This document shows positions 51,287 through 63,715 of a DNA stretch of 64,000 bases, one piece after another (the first letter of the stretch is position 1; every line of letters starts with the position of its first letter). Both the position numbers and the translations under genes were made by a program. Source of the DNA: Somniosus microcephalus (lineage: Eukaryota); NCBI GenBank assembly GCA_052327205.1, contig CM126215.1, positions 2,108,001 through 2,172,000 of the forward strand. The letters run 5' to 3'. The notes beneath the pieces were generated by a model that had not been told where the DNA came from, did no database searches, and worked only from the letters and a program-made list of their open reading frames with translations.

Positions 51287-51670
51287 AAAGAACTTGCATT
51301 TATATAGCGCCTTTCACAACCTCAGGACTGTCAAATGCTTCACGGCCAATGTAGTGCTTTTGAAGCGTAGTCACTCACTGTTGTAGGAAATGCAGCAGCC
51401 AAGTTGCACACAGCAAGGTCATTGGTTGAGGGATAATATTGACCAGGACACAGAGAATTTCCCCGCTCTTCTTCGAAATAGTGCCATGGGATCTTTTACA
51501 TCCACCTGAGCGGGCGGATGGGACCTCGGTTTAATGTCTCATCTGAAAGACTGCACCTCCGACAGTGCGGCGCTGACTTGTCGGCCTAGATTATGTGCTC
51601 AAGTCTCCAGTGTGGGGTTTTGGCCCACAACATTCTGGATTTAGGAACAAGTGTGCTAACCCTGAGCAAC
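51287..51670 (-). mobile_element. L2-tailed SINE (possibly DeuSINE-type)
   Basis: Begins with the L2-like tail aacttgcatttatatagcgcc followed by a non-coding SINE-like body; family name recalled, not verified. Confidence 0.5.
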
Positions 51671-51812
51671 ATCTGATCATTTTATTGTAATCACTGGTGA
51701 AACACGATCCCTTTGGCACTGGGTGAGAACAGATTCTAGCTCAGCTGTGATGACCAACAACAGCTGCATTTATTTAGCATCTTTACTGTAGAAAAACGTC
51801 CCAGCTATGTCT

Positions 51813-53220
51813 AGTCCACAAAAAGCAGGACAAATCCAATCCGACCAATTACCGCCCCATCAGTCTCCTCTCAATCAGCAAAGTGATGGAAGGTGTCGTC
51901 GACAGTGCTATCAAGCGGCAATTACTCACCAATAACCTGCTCACTGATGCCCAGTTTGGGTTCCACCAAGATCACTCGGCTCCCGACCTCATTACTGCCT
52001 TGGTCCAAACATGGACAAAGGAGCTGAATTCCAGAGGTGAGGTGAGAGTGACTGCCCTTGACATCAAGGCAGTATTTGACCAAGTGTGGCATCAAGGAGC
52101 CCTAGTAAAACTGAAGTCAATGGGAATCGGGGGGGAAACTCTCCACTGGCTGGAGTAATACCTAGCACAAAAGAAGATGGTTGTGGTGGTTGGAAGCCAA
52201 TCATCTCAGCCCCAGGACATCGCTGCAGGAGTTCCTCAAGGCAGTGTCCTAGGCCCAACCATCTTCATCAATGACCTTCCCTCCAGCATCAGGTCAGAAA
52301 TGGGAATGTTCGCTGATGACTGCACAGTGTTCAGTGCCATTCACAACTCCTCAGATAATGAAGCAGTCCATGCCTGCATGCAAGAAGACCTGAACAACAT
52401 TCAGACTTGGGCTGATAAGTGGCAGGTAACATTTGTACAACCACACAACTGCCAAGCAATAACTATCTCCAACAAGCGAGGATCTAACCACCGCCCCTTG
52501 ACATTCAACGGCATTACCATCGCCAAATCCCCCACCATCAACATCCTGGGGATCATCATTGACCAGAAACTTAACTGGAGCAGCCACATAAATATTGTGG
52601 CAACGAGAGCAGGTCAGAGGCTGGGTATTCTGCGGCGAATGTCTCACCTCCTGACTCCCCAAAGCCTTCCCACCATCTACAAGGCACAAGTAAGGAGTGT
52701 GATGGAATACTCTCCACTTGCCTGGATGAGTGCAGCTCCAACAACACTCAGGAAGCTCGAGACCATCCAGGACAAAGCAGCCCGCTTGATTGGCACCCCA
52801 TCCACCACCTTAAACATTCACTCCCTCCACCACCAGCGCACCATGGCTGCAGTGTGTACCATCTACAAGATGCACTGCAGCAACTCGCCAAGGCTCTTTC
52901 GGCAGCACCTGCCAAACCCGTGACCTCTTCCACCTAGAAGGACAAGGGCAGCAGGTGCATGGGAACACCACCACCTCCAAGTTCCCCTCCAAGTCACACA
53001 CCATCCTGACTTAGAAGTATATCGCCGTTCCTTCATCGTCGCTGGGTCAAAATCCTGGAACTTCCTCCCTCCCTAACAGCACTGCGGGAGCACCTTCACC
53101 ATACGGACTGCAGTGGTTCAAGAAGGCAGCTCACCACCACCTTCTCAAGGGCAATTATGGATGGGCAATAAATGCTGGCCTTGCCAGCGACGCCCACATC
53201 CCATGAACAAATTTTTTTTT
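51813..53220 (+). mobile_element. 5'-truncated copy of the 4900-8382 LINE family
   Basis: ORFs 51883-52158 and 52177-52923 (GVPQGSVLGP, FADD); family tail at 53160-53220. Confidence 0.9.
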
Positions 53221-53269
53221 AAATGTGCGTCGAGTCAAAGGAGCAGATATTGACGGGGGTAATGAAAAC

Positions 53270-54520
53270 CGTAGTCAAAAAGGTGAGTTTTAAGAGGGTT
53301 GTAATAAGGTGAGGGAGGCAGAAGGCTTTAGGGAGGGAATTCAAGTGCGTGGGGCTTAAGTGGTTGAAGGCACAGCCACCAATGGTATGTGCAAGGGGGG
53401 GATGTGCAAGAGGCCAGAGTCAGAGGAACGGAGAAGTTGGAGGGCGTTACAGAGATGGGGAAGGGTGAGGAACATAGGGACAGGAGGAGGCCATTTAGCT
53501 CCTTGAGCCTGTTCCGTCATTCAATGAGATCATGGCTGACCTGTGACCTAACTCCATATACCTGCTTTTGCCCCATACCCCTTAATACCTTTGGTTAACA
53601 AAATCTATCAGTCTCAGATTGAAAATTAACAATTGACCCAACATCAACTGCTATTTGCAGAAGAGTTCCAAACCTCTCCCACTCTGTGTGTAGAAGTGTT
53701 TCCTAACTTCACCCCTGAAAGGTCTGGCTCTAATTTTTAGGCAATGCCCCCAGTCCTAGATTCCCCAACCTGCGGAAATAGTTTATCTCTATCTACCCTA
53801 TCCGTTCCACTTACTATCTTGAAAACTTTGATCAGATCACCCCTTCACCTTCTAAATTCCAGGGAATACAACCCTAGTTTGTGTAATCTCTCCTCGTAAT
53901 TTAACCCTTAAGAGTCCAGGTATCATTCTGGTAAATCTGCACTGTCCTCCCAAGGCAATGTATCCTACCTGAGGTGTGGTGCCCAGAACTGAACACAATA
54001 CTCCAGGTGTGGTCTAACCAGGGTTTGTATAGCTGCAGCATAACTTCTACAGGAACGGATTTAAACACAAGGATGAAAATTGAAAATGTTGGGAGTCCAG
54101 GAGCCAATGCAGGTCAACAAGGAGAGGGGTGATGGGTGAACAGGACTGGTGAGTGAGAGGATACAGGCAGCAGAGTTTGGGATGGATTTAAGTTTAGAGA
54201 TCATGGAGCATGGGAGGTCGGCCAGGAGAGCATTGGCATTGTCGAGTCTGGAGGTGACAAAAGCCTGGGTGAGGATTTCAGCAGTGGCTGGGCTGGAGCG
54301 GGGGAAGGGGGGCAGAGCACAGGCGATGTCACTGAGGTGGAACTAAGCAGTCTTTATGATGGAGCGGAAATGGCGTCGGGAGCGCAGCTCAAAGCAGAAC
54401 AGAGAGGTTGCGATCAGTCTGGTCAGGCAGAGGAATAGAATCGGTGGCTAGGGTACGGAGTTTGCGGACGAGGGCTGAAGACAATGGCTGTTGATCTGAA
54501 TAGTTTGGTTCAATAATTAT
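53270..54520 (-). mobile_element. Old L2 fragment interrupted by a CR1 fragment (53470-54050)
   Basis: 53270-53470 plus 54050-54520 resemble 19900-21300; the middle resembles CR1 3' ends in minus orientation. Confidence 0.65.
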
Positions 54521-55287
54521 CTTGGTTGACCCTTGAAAAATAGAGACTTGTGCAGGGTCCCATACCCCAGCAAAAACCAGAGGCTTCAGGGGGAAGGAAC
54601 ACACTCACCCCATAACCTTTATTCAAATGAGTACGGTGCAGGATTGTTCTACACATAAATCGATGTATAATTACAGTGCAGGTTTCCTGTGACATTGAAA
54701 TGTTTCTCTATGTCACAGATTAAACTGACTACAAGTAGCAGGAGGTGAGGTTCAATCCAGACACAACACAGGAGTTCTGTTATTTATAAAATGCACTGTG
54801 CAGATTTTATCTGTTTATGTTAACAGTTCATCTCATTACACAGAAGAAATTTGACAGTAAAAGTTTATTTTGAGATTTATTGTAAACCAAGTCAAAATGA
54901 GCCTCCAATTACAATCGTAACTTTACATCAAATTCCACACCAGCTACTTGGTGTCCGGCCCTTGCAGACACCCAGTGAATCACAAATGAACATGTTTGAG
55001 CGCCAGGATCACGCAGGATATTCTTAATCTGCTCCACAGGTGATCATTCAAATGAACGAGGTTCAACAAACAAAACTACAGTGAAGTCAGCTGGAAAACT
55101 CGAACATTTTCACTCTCTGCCCATCTGGATTTAAAGACTAAATTCAGGTTTACACTGTTCACCTGAAAACAAAAGCATAAAAGTGTTAGAAGGACATTTA
55201 TTGTGGGGAGGGAAACTAACATTTAAACATTGCTAAAAGGGGGAGAAAAGTAACCGAATTAAAAGCAACTCCATCTGGGGAAAGATC

Positions 55288-56087
55288 TTATCGACAACCA
55301 CACTCATCCACCACCATGTCTTCGTAATGTCTCAAAACCACATTGTCATTGTTATCGTAATAGAGCATGGAAATAGGCGAGAGTTTAATGGGGACACAGC
55401 AGGGCTGGGGAGTGTGGCCAGGGTCGGTGGCGTGCACCAGTGTTTGCAGAATGGCGTGGTTGGTGCCGTTCAGGCTCTCGCTCAGGGGGTAAGGGCACTC
55501 CCCGTGGCAATAGTTGGCCATGTAGCTCTGGGGGGCGATGATCCAGTGTTGCCAGCCCACGTCCTTGAACTGGATGTGGAGCCTCCTCCGTTTGCAGACC
55601 CGGCTGAATGCGAGCGGCAGCTGAAAGGAGCTCCTCTTCCTCCTGGACGCTTTGCATTTCTCCCGATTCAGGGTCACCACCAACAGGGAGACGCGCAGAT
55701 CCCGGGCAATCCGTGCACAAGCTGGGCTCGGCTCCTGGGGACCCTCCGCCCAGGCGCTGCCCATTTCCAGCATTGCCCCCAGGTTGCTGGACTGGTGTCT
55801 CCAGTACCTGGAGATCTGAGTCAGGTTGAAGTAAAGGGAGCTGTGCACAGACTGGAAGGACTGCCAGGCGATGAGTTGCTGCTTGGAGCTGGGGGTCTCA
55901 CCCACCGTCCAGATGGACAGGGTGCAGGTTGCTGCTGCCCCAGGGAGCGGGTAGGGGTCCCCGAGGAGGGTGAGCTCCAGCTGGGCCAGGGTCAGCTCCT
56001 CCACTTCTTCCAGCACCGACAGGTTGAAGTAGAGTCGCTTCCGCACACACAGCCGAGGCTGGGATCCCAGCCCAGGAATTGGGCTAC
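55288..56087 (-). CDS. Vg1/GDF1/GDF3-family TGF-beta ligand, exon 2 (prodomain end, furin site, mature domain)
   Basis: Acceptor ttttgccag|GT; RRKR site; 7-Cys knot ending [17 protein letters not shown]; PxLLVVTLN-like prodomain motif (VSLLVVTLN). Confidence 0.96.
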
Positions 56088-56159
56088 CTGGCAAAAGAGA
56101 AGGTCAAAGAGTAACCATCAGAACAACTGGGCAATGGGACAGGTCAATACAGCCCAGGG

Positions 56160-57484
56160 CTCCCAGACTGAGCACCCCCCAGGAAAGGAGGGCCCCAGAC
56201 TGACCACCCCCCAGGAAAGGAGGCCCCAGACTGACCACCCCCCAGGAAAGGAGGGCCCAGACTGACCACCCCCCAGGAAAGGAGGGCCCCAGACTGACCA
56301 CCCCCCAGGAAAGGGGGCCCCAGACTGACCACCCCCCAGGAAAGGAGGCCCCCAGACTGACCACCCCCCAGGAAAGGGGGGCCCCAAACTGACCACCCCC
56401 CAGGAAAGGAGGGCCCCAGACTGACCACCCCCCAGGAAAGGAGGGCCCCAGACTGACCACCCCCCAGGAAAGGAGGCCCCAGACTGACCACCCCCCAGGA
56501 AAGAAGGCCCCAGACTGACCACCCCCCAGGAAAGGAGGCCCCAGACTGGCCACCCCCCAGGAAAGGAGGCCCCCAGACTGACCACCCCCCAGGAAAGGAG
56601 GGCCCAGACTGACCACCCCCCAAGAAAGGAGGCCCCAGACTGACCACCCCCCAGGAAAGGGGGGCCCCAGACTGACCACCCCCAGGAAAGGAGGGCCCAG
56701 ACTGACCACCCCCCAAGAAAGGAGGCCCCAGACTGACCACCCCCCAGGAAAGGGGCCCCCAGACTGACCACCCCCCAGGAAAGGGGGGCCCCAGACTGAC
56801 CACCCCCCAGGAAAGGGGGCCCCAGACTGACCACCCCCAGGAAAGGAGGGCCCAGACTGACCACCCCCCAGGAAAGGAGGCCCCAGACTGACCACCCCCC
56901 AGGAAAGGAGGGCCCAGACTGAGCACCCCCCAGGAAAGGAGGCCCCAGACTGACCACCCCCCAGGAAAGGAGGCCCCAGACTGACCACCCCCCAGGAAAG
57001 GAGGCCCCAGACTGACCACCCCCCAGGAAAGGAGGCCCCAGACTGACCACCCCCCAGGAAAGGAGGGCCCAGACTGACCACCCCCCAGGAAAGGGGGCCC
57101 CAGACTGACCACCCCCCAGGAAAGGGGGCCCCAGACTGACCACCCCCCCAGGAAAGGGGGCCCCAGACTGACCACCCCCCAGGAAAGGGGGCCACAGACT
57201 GACCACCCCCCAGGAAAGGAGGGCCCCAGACTGACCACCCCCCAGGAAAGGGGGCCCCAGACTGACCACCCCCCAGGAAAGGGGGCCCCAAACTGACCAC
57301 CCCCCAGGAAAGGGGGCCCCAGACTGACCACCCCCCAGGAAAGAGGGCCCCAGACTGACCACCCCCCAGGAAAGGAGGGCCCCAGACTGACCACCCCCCA
57401 GGAAAGGAGGGCCCCAGACTGACCACCCCCCAGGAAAGGAGGGCCCCAGACTGACCACCCCCCAGGAAAGGAGGGCCCCAGGAA
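56160..57484. repeat. 31-33-bp minisatellite (~41 copies) in the Vg1 intron
   Basis: Unit ccccagactgaccaccccccaggaaagg(a/g)gg; G-rich on the gene's sense strand. Confidence 0.97.
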
Positions 57485-58902
57485 AGTGAGGCCCCCAAAT
57501 TCCACCCTCCCAATAGAGGACCAGTTAGACAACAATTAAAGTCCCGAACGGATTTACAAATCATCTGAACTCCTCTCCGACCAATTGCACCCCGAGCGTC
57601 CCGCCGGTTGTACAGGACAGGAGAGCTGCGGCTCCTTGAAGGGTTTCAGCTGCCATTATTACAGTATTACATGGAATGTACAGCACAGAAACAGGCCATT
57701 TGGCTCCATTCTGAAGTTCATGCTCCACTCGAGCCTCCTCCCACCCTGCTTCATCTCACACTAGCAACGTATCCTTGTTTTCCTTTCTCCCTCATGTGCT
57801 TATCTCACTTCCCCTTAAAGCAGGCGGACCATAAGTCCCTGTTTTCCGGAGGTAGTGTGTCCCCGGGCAAACAACGTCCCTGCAAGAGTGCTCGATTCAG
57901 GAAACTTGCCCCTGAATAGAGCCAAATTCATTGGTCCGCTGGTCAGGAGTTGGATTTTAATTTTATTTTTGGATAAACTGGAAAATTTCAATCTCTGCCT
58001 TTTAAACACGAATGTACAGAAATCCGGTTCTCATCCGGTTCACGCCCGGTTTGAGCTCAGGAACGGATTCCAGGAGCCGGCTGAACGGAGGCGACAATGG
58101 CGGCCCCGCCTTCCCACAATGCAGCGCGGTGGAGAAAAGGCCCCATCGAGAGTCGGGCCGCGCTGCACTCTGCGGGATTGAGTCACATGACCCCGTGTTT
58201 CGGCCAATAGTGACTGGCCGGAGGGCGGAACCTTTAAAATGCGCGGGCGAAGCCGAGGGCACGGCGAGAGTCGGTGGGCGAGTGGATTTACTTTACCTCA
58301 GAGATCAGCATGGTGCATTGTGTTTTTTTTAATGAATAAAGCAAGCTCTAAATTCTCCCACCGGGAAGAGATTTCTGAAACCGACTGAGACACAGGGTGT
58401 TTCATACCTTATATGGAAAATCTCAGTCTGTTTGGAACAGATTTGAAACTGGGAAATTACAAGTTCGGGTATTGGGGATGGGCACAGACACGACAGCACT
58501 GTTACCAGAACACACACAAGATTCCAGATTCGGTGTAAGGTGAAAACGGCCTCGTCTCTACACGTAGTCCATTGGCAGAAACAACAAAGTCGTCTTGAAA
58601 CGCGTCCTGGCTACTCAGCTGTGATCCTACCCTGTGTGTCCCAGGATTCGCTTTAGAAAATATTTTAAATGTGTCCATACTCTTCGCCTCAACCACTCCC
58701 TGTGGTAGCGAGTTCCACATTCTCACCACTCTCTGGGTAAAGAGTCCCCCCTCCCCCAGCGCTCCCCCTCCCCCAGGGCTCCCCACACTCCCCCTCCCCA
58801 CGATCCCACCTCCTTCCCCCCCCAGGGCTCCCCCTCTCCACGATCCCACCTCCCCCTCCCCCAGGGCTCCCCACACTCCCACATTAGGAAAGGGTCACTT
58901 AC

Positions 58903-59188
58903 CCAGATCGGGCAGGTGACGGAGAGTGTCTCCATCCACCCCCAGCTCATCCACCCTGCACACGTCATCTCCAGGGTCTCCCTGGGTGAGGGGCCTGGTC
59001 CTCCTCTGGAACATCTTCCATAACCGAACCGGGACAGGCCTGGGATCGGAGGGCTGGGGCCTGCTCGATAAACCCAGTGCTTTTAAAAAGGCCTTTTCCT
59101 GAACCTGGGGCCCCTGCAGCTCACACAGACTGACGGGGCAAAAGGAAATCACTGCTAAACATGTAGCGAGCTGAGCCAGAGGAGCCAT
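58903..59188 (-). CDS. Vg1/GDF1/GDF3-family ligand, exon 1 (signal peptide and prodomain start)
   Basis: ATG at 59188; hydrophobic leader; FLKALGLS..PVP..LWKMF..CRVDELGVDGD..LPDLG; phase-1 donor G|gtaagt joins exon 2 in frame (361 aa total). Confidence 0.95.
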
Positions 59189-59289
59189 CGCTGGCCCCGG
59201 CACCAAGAGATGAGGAGTAATAATGGGCAGTGAGAGGCCTGGGCCTTGGCCCAGCTCCTGTTACAGCCTGGGATCAGCCTCAACAACCC

Positions 59290-59605
59290 TGCTGATTGGT
59301 GATTAAAGCTTTCTCTCTCTCTCTCTCTCTCTGCAATTACCATTTCAATAGCGAGCTCCCGGGGGCAGCCTCACATTCTGGGGGCGGGGGATTGGGAAGC
59401 AGGGAGTCTCCCCCTCCCTCAACCAGATGGGATCCTGACTGCTGGGTGTCCCTGAGATTGAATGTCTGAAATCAGCTTCCAACACACATCAATTCTCACC
59501 TGTTGATTGGCTTTAGTGGCACTTCAAAGGGGCTGAATGATGATGTTTGCATCTGAAAGGAACTCTCTATCTACCCCAGACAGTTGCTGATGGTCACTCT
59601 TAGCC
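59290..59605 (-). promoter_or_regulatory. Putative proximal promoter of the Vg1-family gene (left arm of the inverted repeat)
   Basis: CCAAT motifs (~59294, 59391, 59506), GC box 59381-59389, (GA)n tract, TCF/LEF-like CTTTGAA 59523-59529; directly upstream of the ATG. Confidence 0.6.
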
Positions 59606-59732
59606 TCCTCTTAAACTCAGACACCTATTGATTACTGTGGAGCCTCACAGATTGAAGTGTGTATTCCTGTAAATCTGGAGAAACAGACAGCAGAAATTGG
59701 GCTGTCAGCAGCAATATAGAATCAAACTTTGG

Positions 59733-62700
59733 TCGCCGCCTCCATGGGGTCGGAGTCGCCATAAACAATGAGCGAGTTGAACATCTCAGAGACTCCCCTT
59801 GTGGAATAAATGAATGCCTCATGACTCTACGGCTCCCCCCAGCCCGGAACCAGTGCGTTACGGCCATCAGTACGTACGCCCCAACACTAGAAGCCACAGA
59901 CGAGACCAAAGGAGAATTCTACTCCAGCCTCGTACAATCCCTGTCCCGAGTCCCAACGGGCGACAAGCTGATCCTCCTTGGCGACTTTGACGCCACAGTT
60001 GGAAAGGACACAGACCTCTGGGGAGGTGTGATCGGCAGAGAGGGGGTAGGGAAAGTCAACTCCAACGGTACCCTCCTCCTGTCGAAATGCTTAGAACATG
60101 GCCTTGTCATAACCAACACCTTGTTCCGTCAGAGAGACAAGTACAAGGTTTCATGGCAACACCCTCGCTCCAAGCACTGGCATCTGCTGGACTATGTCAT
60201 CGTCCGAGCGAGGGACCGCAAGGACGTCCGCATCACCCGCGCCATGACGGGAGCTGATGACTGCTGGACAGACCACCGCCTAATCCACTCTGTCATCTCC
60301 ATCAATGTAACCTCAAATCAGCGGCGGCAACAGAAACAATGCCGCAGGAAAATTAACGCTGGAGCACTCAAAGACCCTGCTAAGAAAGCCCTATTCAGCC
60401 TGCGCCTCACAAACAATCTGATGACTCCCAGTGATTCAGAGACACAGAGTGTCCACAGCGCCTGGTCTGCATTCAAGACCTCCATAATCGGCACCTGTGA
60501 AGAGACGCTCGGCCACTCGACCAGGAAACACTAAGACTGGTCCAACGAGAATGACCAAAAGATCCAGGAGCTAACAAGCCGCAAGCGCAAGGCATTCCTG
60601 ATCTGGAAACAGCAACAGAACTCGAGAGCAAGAAAGCAGTTCTACAGACGCCTGAAGGCAGAGGTCCAACAAAAAACTCGTGACCTAAAGAACAGATGGT
60701 GGGTGGAGAAAGTGCAGGAGATCCAGCAGCTAGCCGACAACCACGACGTGCGTGGATTCTTTAGCGCAGTCAAGACCATCTACAGCCCAAGCACCCAAGG
60801 TCCTACCCCACTGCCAGCCAAGAACGGAGAGGTACTCATCAAGGACAGGGAGGCAGTCAGTGCCCGCTGGAAGGAGCATTTCAAAGATCTCCTTAACCGA
60901 AACTCTGTCTTCAATGCGAGTGTCCTCAACTCCATCCCGCAGCATGCTACCCGCCACCATCTCAGCACAACCCCAGCCCAGCATGAGGTTGAAAAGGCCA
61001 TCCGACAACTGAAGAACAACAAGGCCTCAGGAGCAGATGGAATCCCTGCTGAGGCACTAAAGCATGGTGGAGAAACACCACTGGCGCGAATTCATGAACT
61101 CATTTCTCTTATCTGGAAGGAGGAGAGCATGCCAGGGGATCTCAGAGACGCCGTAATTGTGACCATCTTCAGGAAAGGTGACAAGTCCGATTGCAGTAAT
61201 TACAGGGGAGTTTCCCTGCTGTCTGCCACAGGGAAAGTCATCGCAAGAATCCTCCTCAATCGCCTTTTCCCAGTGGCCGAAGAGCTCCTCCCAAAGCCGC
61301 AATGCGGATTCCGCCCACTAAGGGGCACAATGGACATGATCTTCGCCACGCGTCAATTACAAGAGAAATGCAGGGAACAGCACCAACCGCTGTACATGGC
61401 CGCCTTTGACCTCACAAAGGTCTTCGACGCGGTTAACCGTGAGGTATTATGGAGTGTCCTCCTCAAATTCGGCTGCCCTCAGAAGTTTGTCACCATCCTC
61501 CGCCTGCTTCACGATGACATGCAAGCCGTGATCCTGACCAACGGTTCCACCACAGACCCAATTCACATACGAACCGGGGTCAAGCAAGGCTGTGTCATCG
61601 CACCAACGCTCTTCTCGATCTTCCTTGCTGCAATGCTCCATCTCACCCTCAGTAAGTTCCCCGCTGGAGTGGAGCTAATTTACAGAACAAACGGGAAACT
61701 GTTCAACCTCCGTCGCCTCCAGTCCAGATCCAAGGTCATCTCATCCTCTGTCGTCGAATTACAGTATGCAGACGACGCTTGCGTCTGCGCACACTCGGAG
61801 GTCGAACTCCAAACCATCGTCAACACCTTCACCGAAGCGTACGAGAGCATGGGCCTTACACTAAACATCCATAAGACAAAGGTCCTCTACCAACCTGCCC
61901 CCGCCACACAGTACTGCCCCCCAATTATCAAAATCCACGAGAAGGCCTTGGACAACGTAGACCACTTTCCATACCTCGGAAGCCTACTGTCAACAAGGGC
62001 AGACAAAGTCCAACACCACCTTCAGTGTGCCAGTGCAGCCTTCGGTCGCCTGAGGAAGAGAGTGTTTGAAGACCAGGACCTCAAACCCGGCACTGAGCTC
62101 ATGGTCTACAGAGCAGCAGTGATATCCGCCCTGCTGTATGCTTCAGAGACATGGACCATATACAGCAGGCACCTCAAAGCACTGGAGAGGTACCACCAAT
62201 GCTGCCTCCGCAAGATCCTGCAAATCCATTGGCAGGATAGGCGCACCAACGTCAGTGTTCTCGCTCAGGCCAGCATCCCCAGCATCGAAGCTTTGACCAC
62301 ACTCAATCAGCTCCGATGGGCGGGTCACATTGTCCGCATGCCCAATACGAGACTCCCAAAACAAGTGCTCTACTTGGAGCTCCGACACAGCAAGAGAGCC
62401 CCAGGTGGGAAGAGGAAACGCTTCAAGGACACCCTCAAAGCCTCCTTGAAAAAGTGCAACATCCCCACTGATACCTGGGAATCCCTGGCCCAAGACCGCA
62501 CAAAGTGGAGGAGAAGCAGCCAGGAAGGCGCCGAACACCTCGAGTCTCTTCGCCGGGAGTAAGCGGAAGCCAAGCGCAAGGAGCGCACGTCAACCCAAGC
62601 ACCCCACCCACCCACCCCTTCAACCACCGTCTGCCCCACCTGTGACAGAGACTGTAGGTCCCGCATTGGGCTCATCAGTCACCCGAGAACTCATTTTTAG

Positions 62701-62747
62701 TGTGGAAGCAAGTCATCCTCGGTTCCGAGGGACTGCCTAAGAAGAAG
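59733..62747 (+). mobile_element. 5'-truncated RTE-clade (BovB-like) LINE
   Basis: EN (YAPT, LGDF, TDH) and RT (GVKQG, YADD) in one frame with stops at 60532 and 62560; aagaagaag tail; 15-bp TSD agaatcaaactttgg. Confidence 0.95.
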
Positions 62748-62764
62748 AGAATCAAACTTTGGAC

Positions 62765-63630
62765 CCAAGAAAGATCGATCAGAGAAATTTCTAAATGGTG
62801 AGAAGCTGGGAACTGTGGAGGAGCTGAGAAATTGAGGGGCCCAAATACAGAAATCAGTAAAAACTAGTGGACATAGAAACATAGACGATAGGAGCAGGAG
62901 TTGGCCATTCGGCCCCTCGAGCCTGTTCTGCCATTCAATGCGATCATGGCTGATCATCCAAATTCAGTACCCTGTCCCTGCCTTCTCCCCATATCCCTTG
63001 ATCCCTGTAGCCTTAAGAAATATATCCAACTCCTTCTTGAATATATAGACAGGTAGAAAAAAAAATTGTTGGCCTTTATCCCAAGGGGACTTGAATTCAA
63101 AGGGGTGGAGGTGATGTGACAGTTGTATAAATCTCTGGTCAGACCCCACCTGGACACTGTGTTCAGTTCTGGGCCCCGCCCCTCAGGAAGGGTATATCGG
63201 CCTCGGAGGGGGGGGCAGCACCGAGTCACCAGAATCACACCAGGGCTACAAGGGTTAAATTACGAGGACAGGTTGCAGAGACTGGGCTTGTGTTCCCTCG
63301 AGTTTAGAAGATTAAGGGGTGATCTGATCGAGGTGTTTAAGATGATTAAAGGAGTTGATCGGGTGGAGAGAGAGAAACTATTTCCTCTGGTGGGGGGAGT
63401 CCAGAACAAGGGGGCAGAACCTTAAAATTAGAGCCAGGCCGTTCAGGGGTGATGTCAGGAAGCACTTCTTCACACAAAGGGTGCTGGAAATCTGGAACTC
63501 CCTCCCCCAAAAAACTGTTGAAAATTTCAAAACTGAGATTGATAGGTTTTTGTTGGGTGAGGAACCAAGGCGGGAGGATGGAGATGATACAGATCAGCTA
63601 TGATCTAATTAAATGGCAGAAAGGGCTCGA
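62765..63630 (+). mobile_element. CR1 fragment with a nested inverted CR1 tail (62871-63050)
   Basis: ORF 63123-63425: YKSLVRPHL..SLEFRRLRGDLIEVFKM. Confidence 0.8.
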
Positions 63631-63715
63631 CTCTCCTCCAAATAAACTTGATTGGAGACAATATCAATGTAAAGTTTGGGGGTTTGAAGTTTGTGAGGCC
63701 CCAGTTCTAGTCGGT

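Noticed and set aside
54600-55287. Possible Xenopus-type vegetal localisation element in the Vg1 3' UTR
   Set aside because: I found only about two UUCAC motifs on the sense strand, which is not a convincing cluster.
55327-56265. 312-aa plus-strand ORF antisense to Vg1 exon 2
   Set aside because: Shadow ORF of a GC-rich coding exon, with no recognisable domain.
56104-57564. 446-486 aa Gly/Pro/Trp-rich ORFs
   Set aside because: Artefacts of the intronic minisatellite; the two Vg1 exons splice in frame without them.
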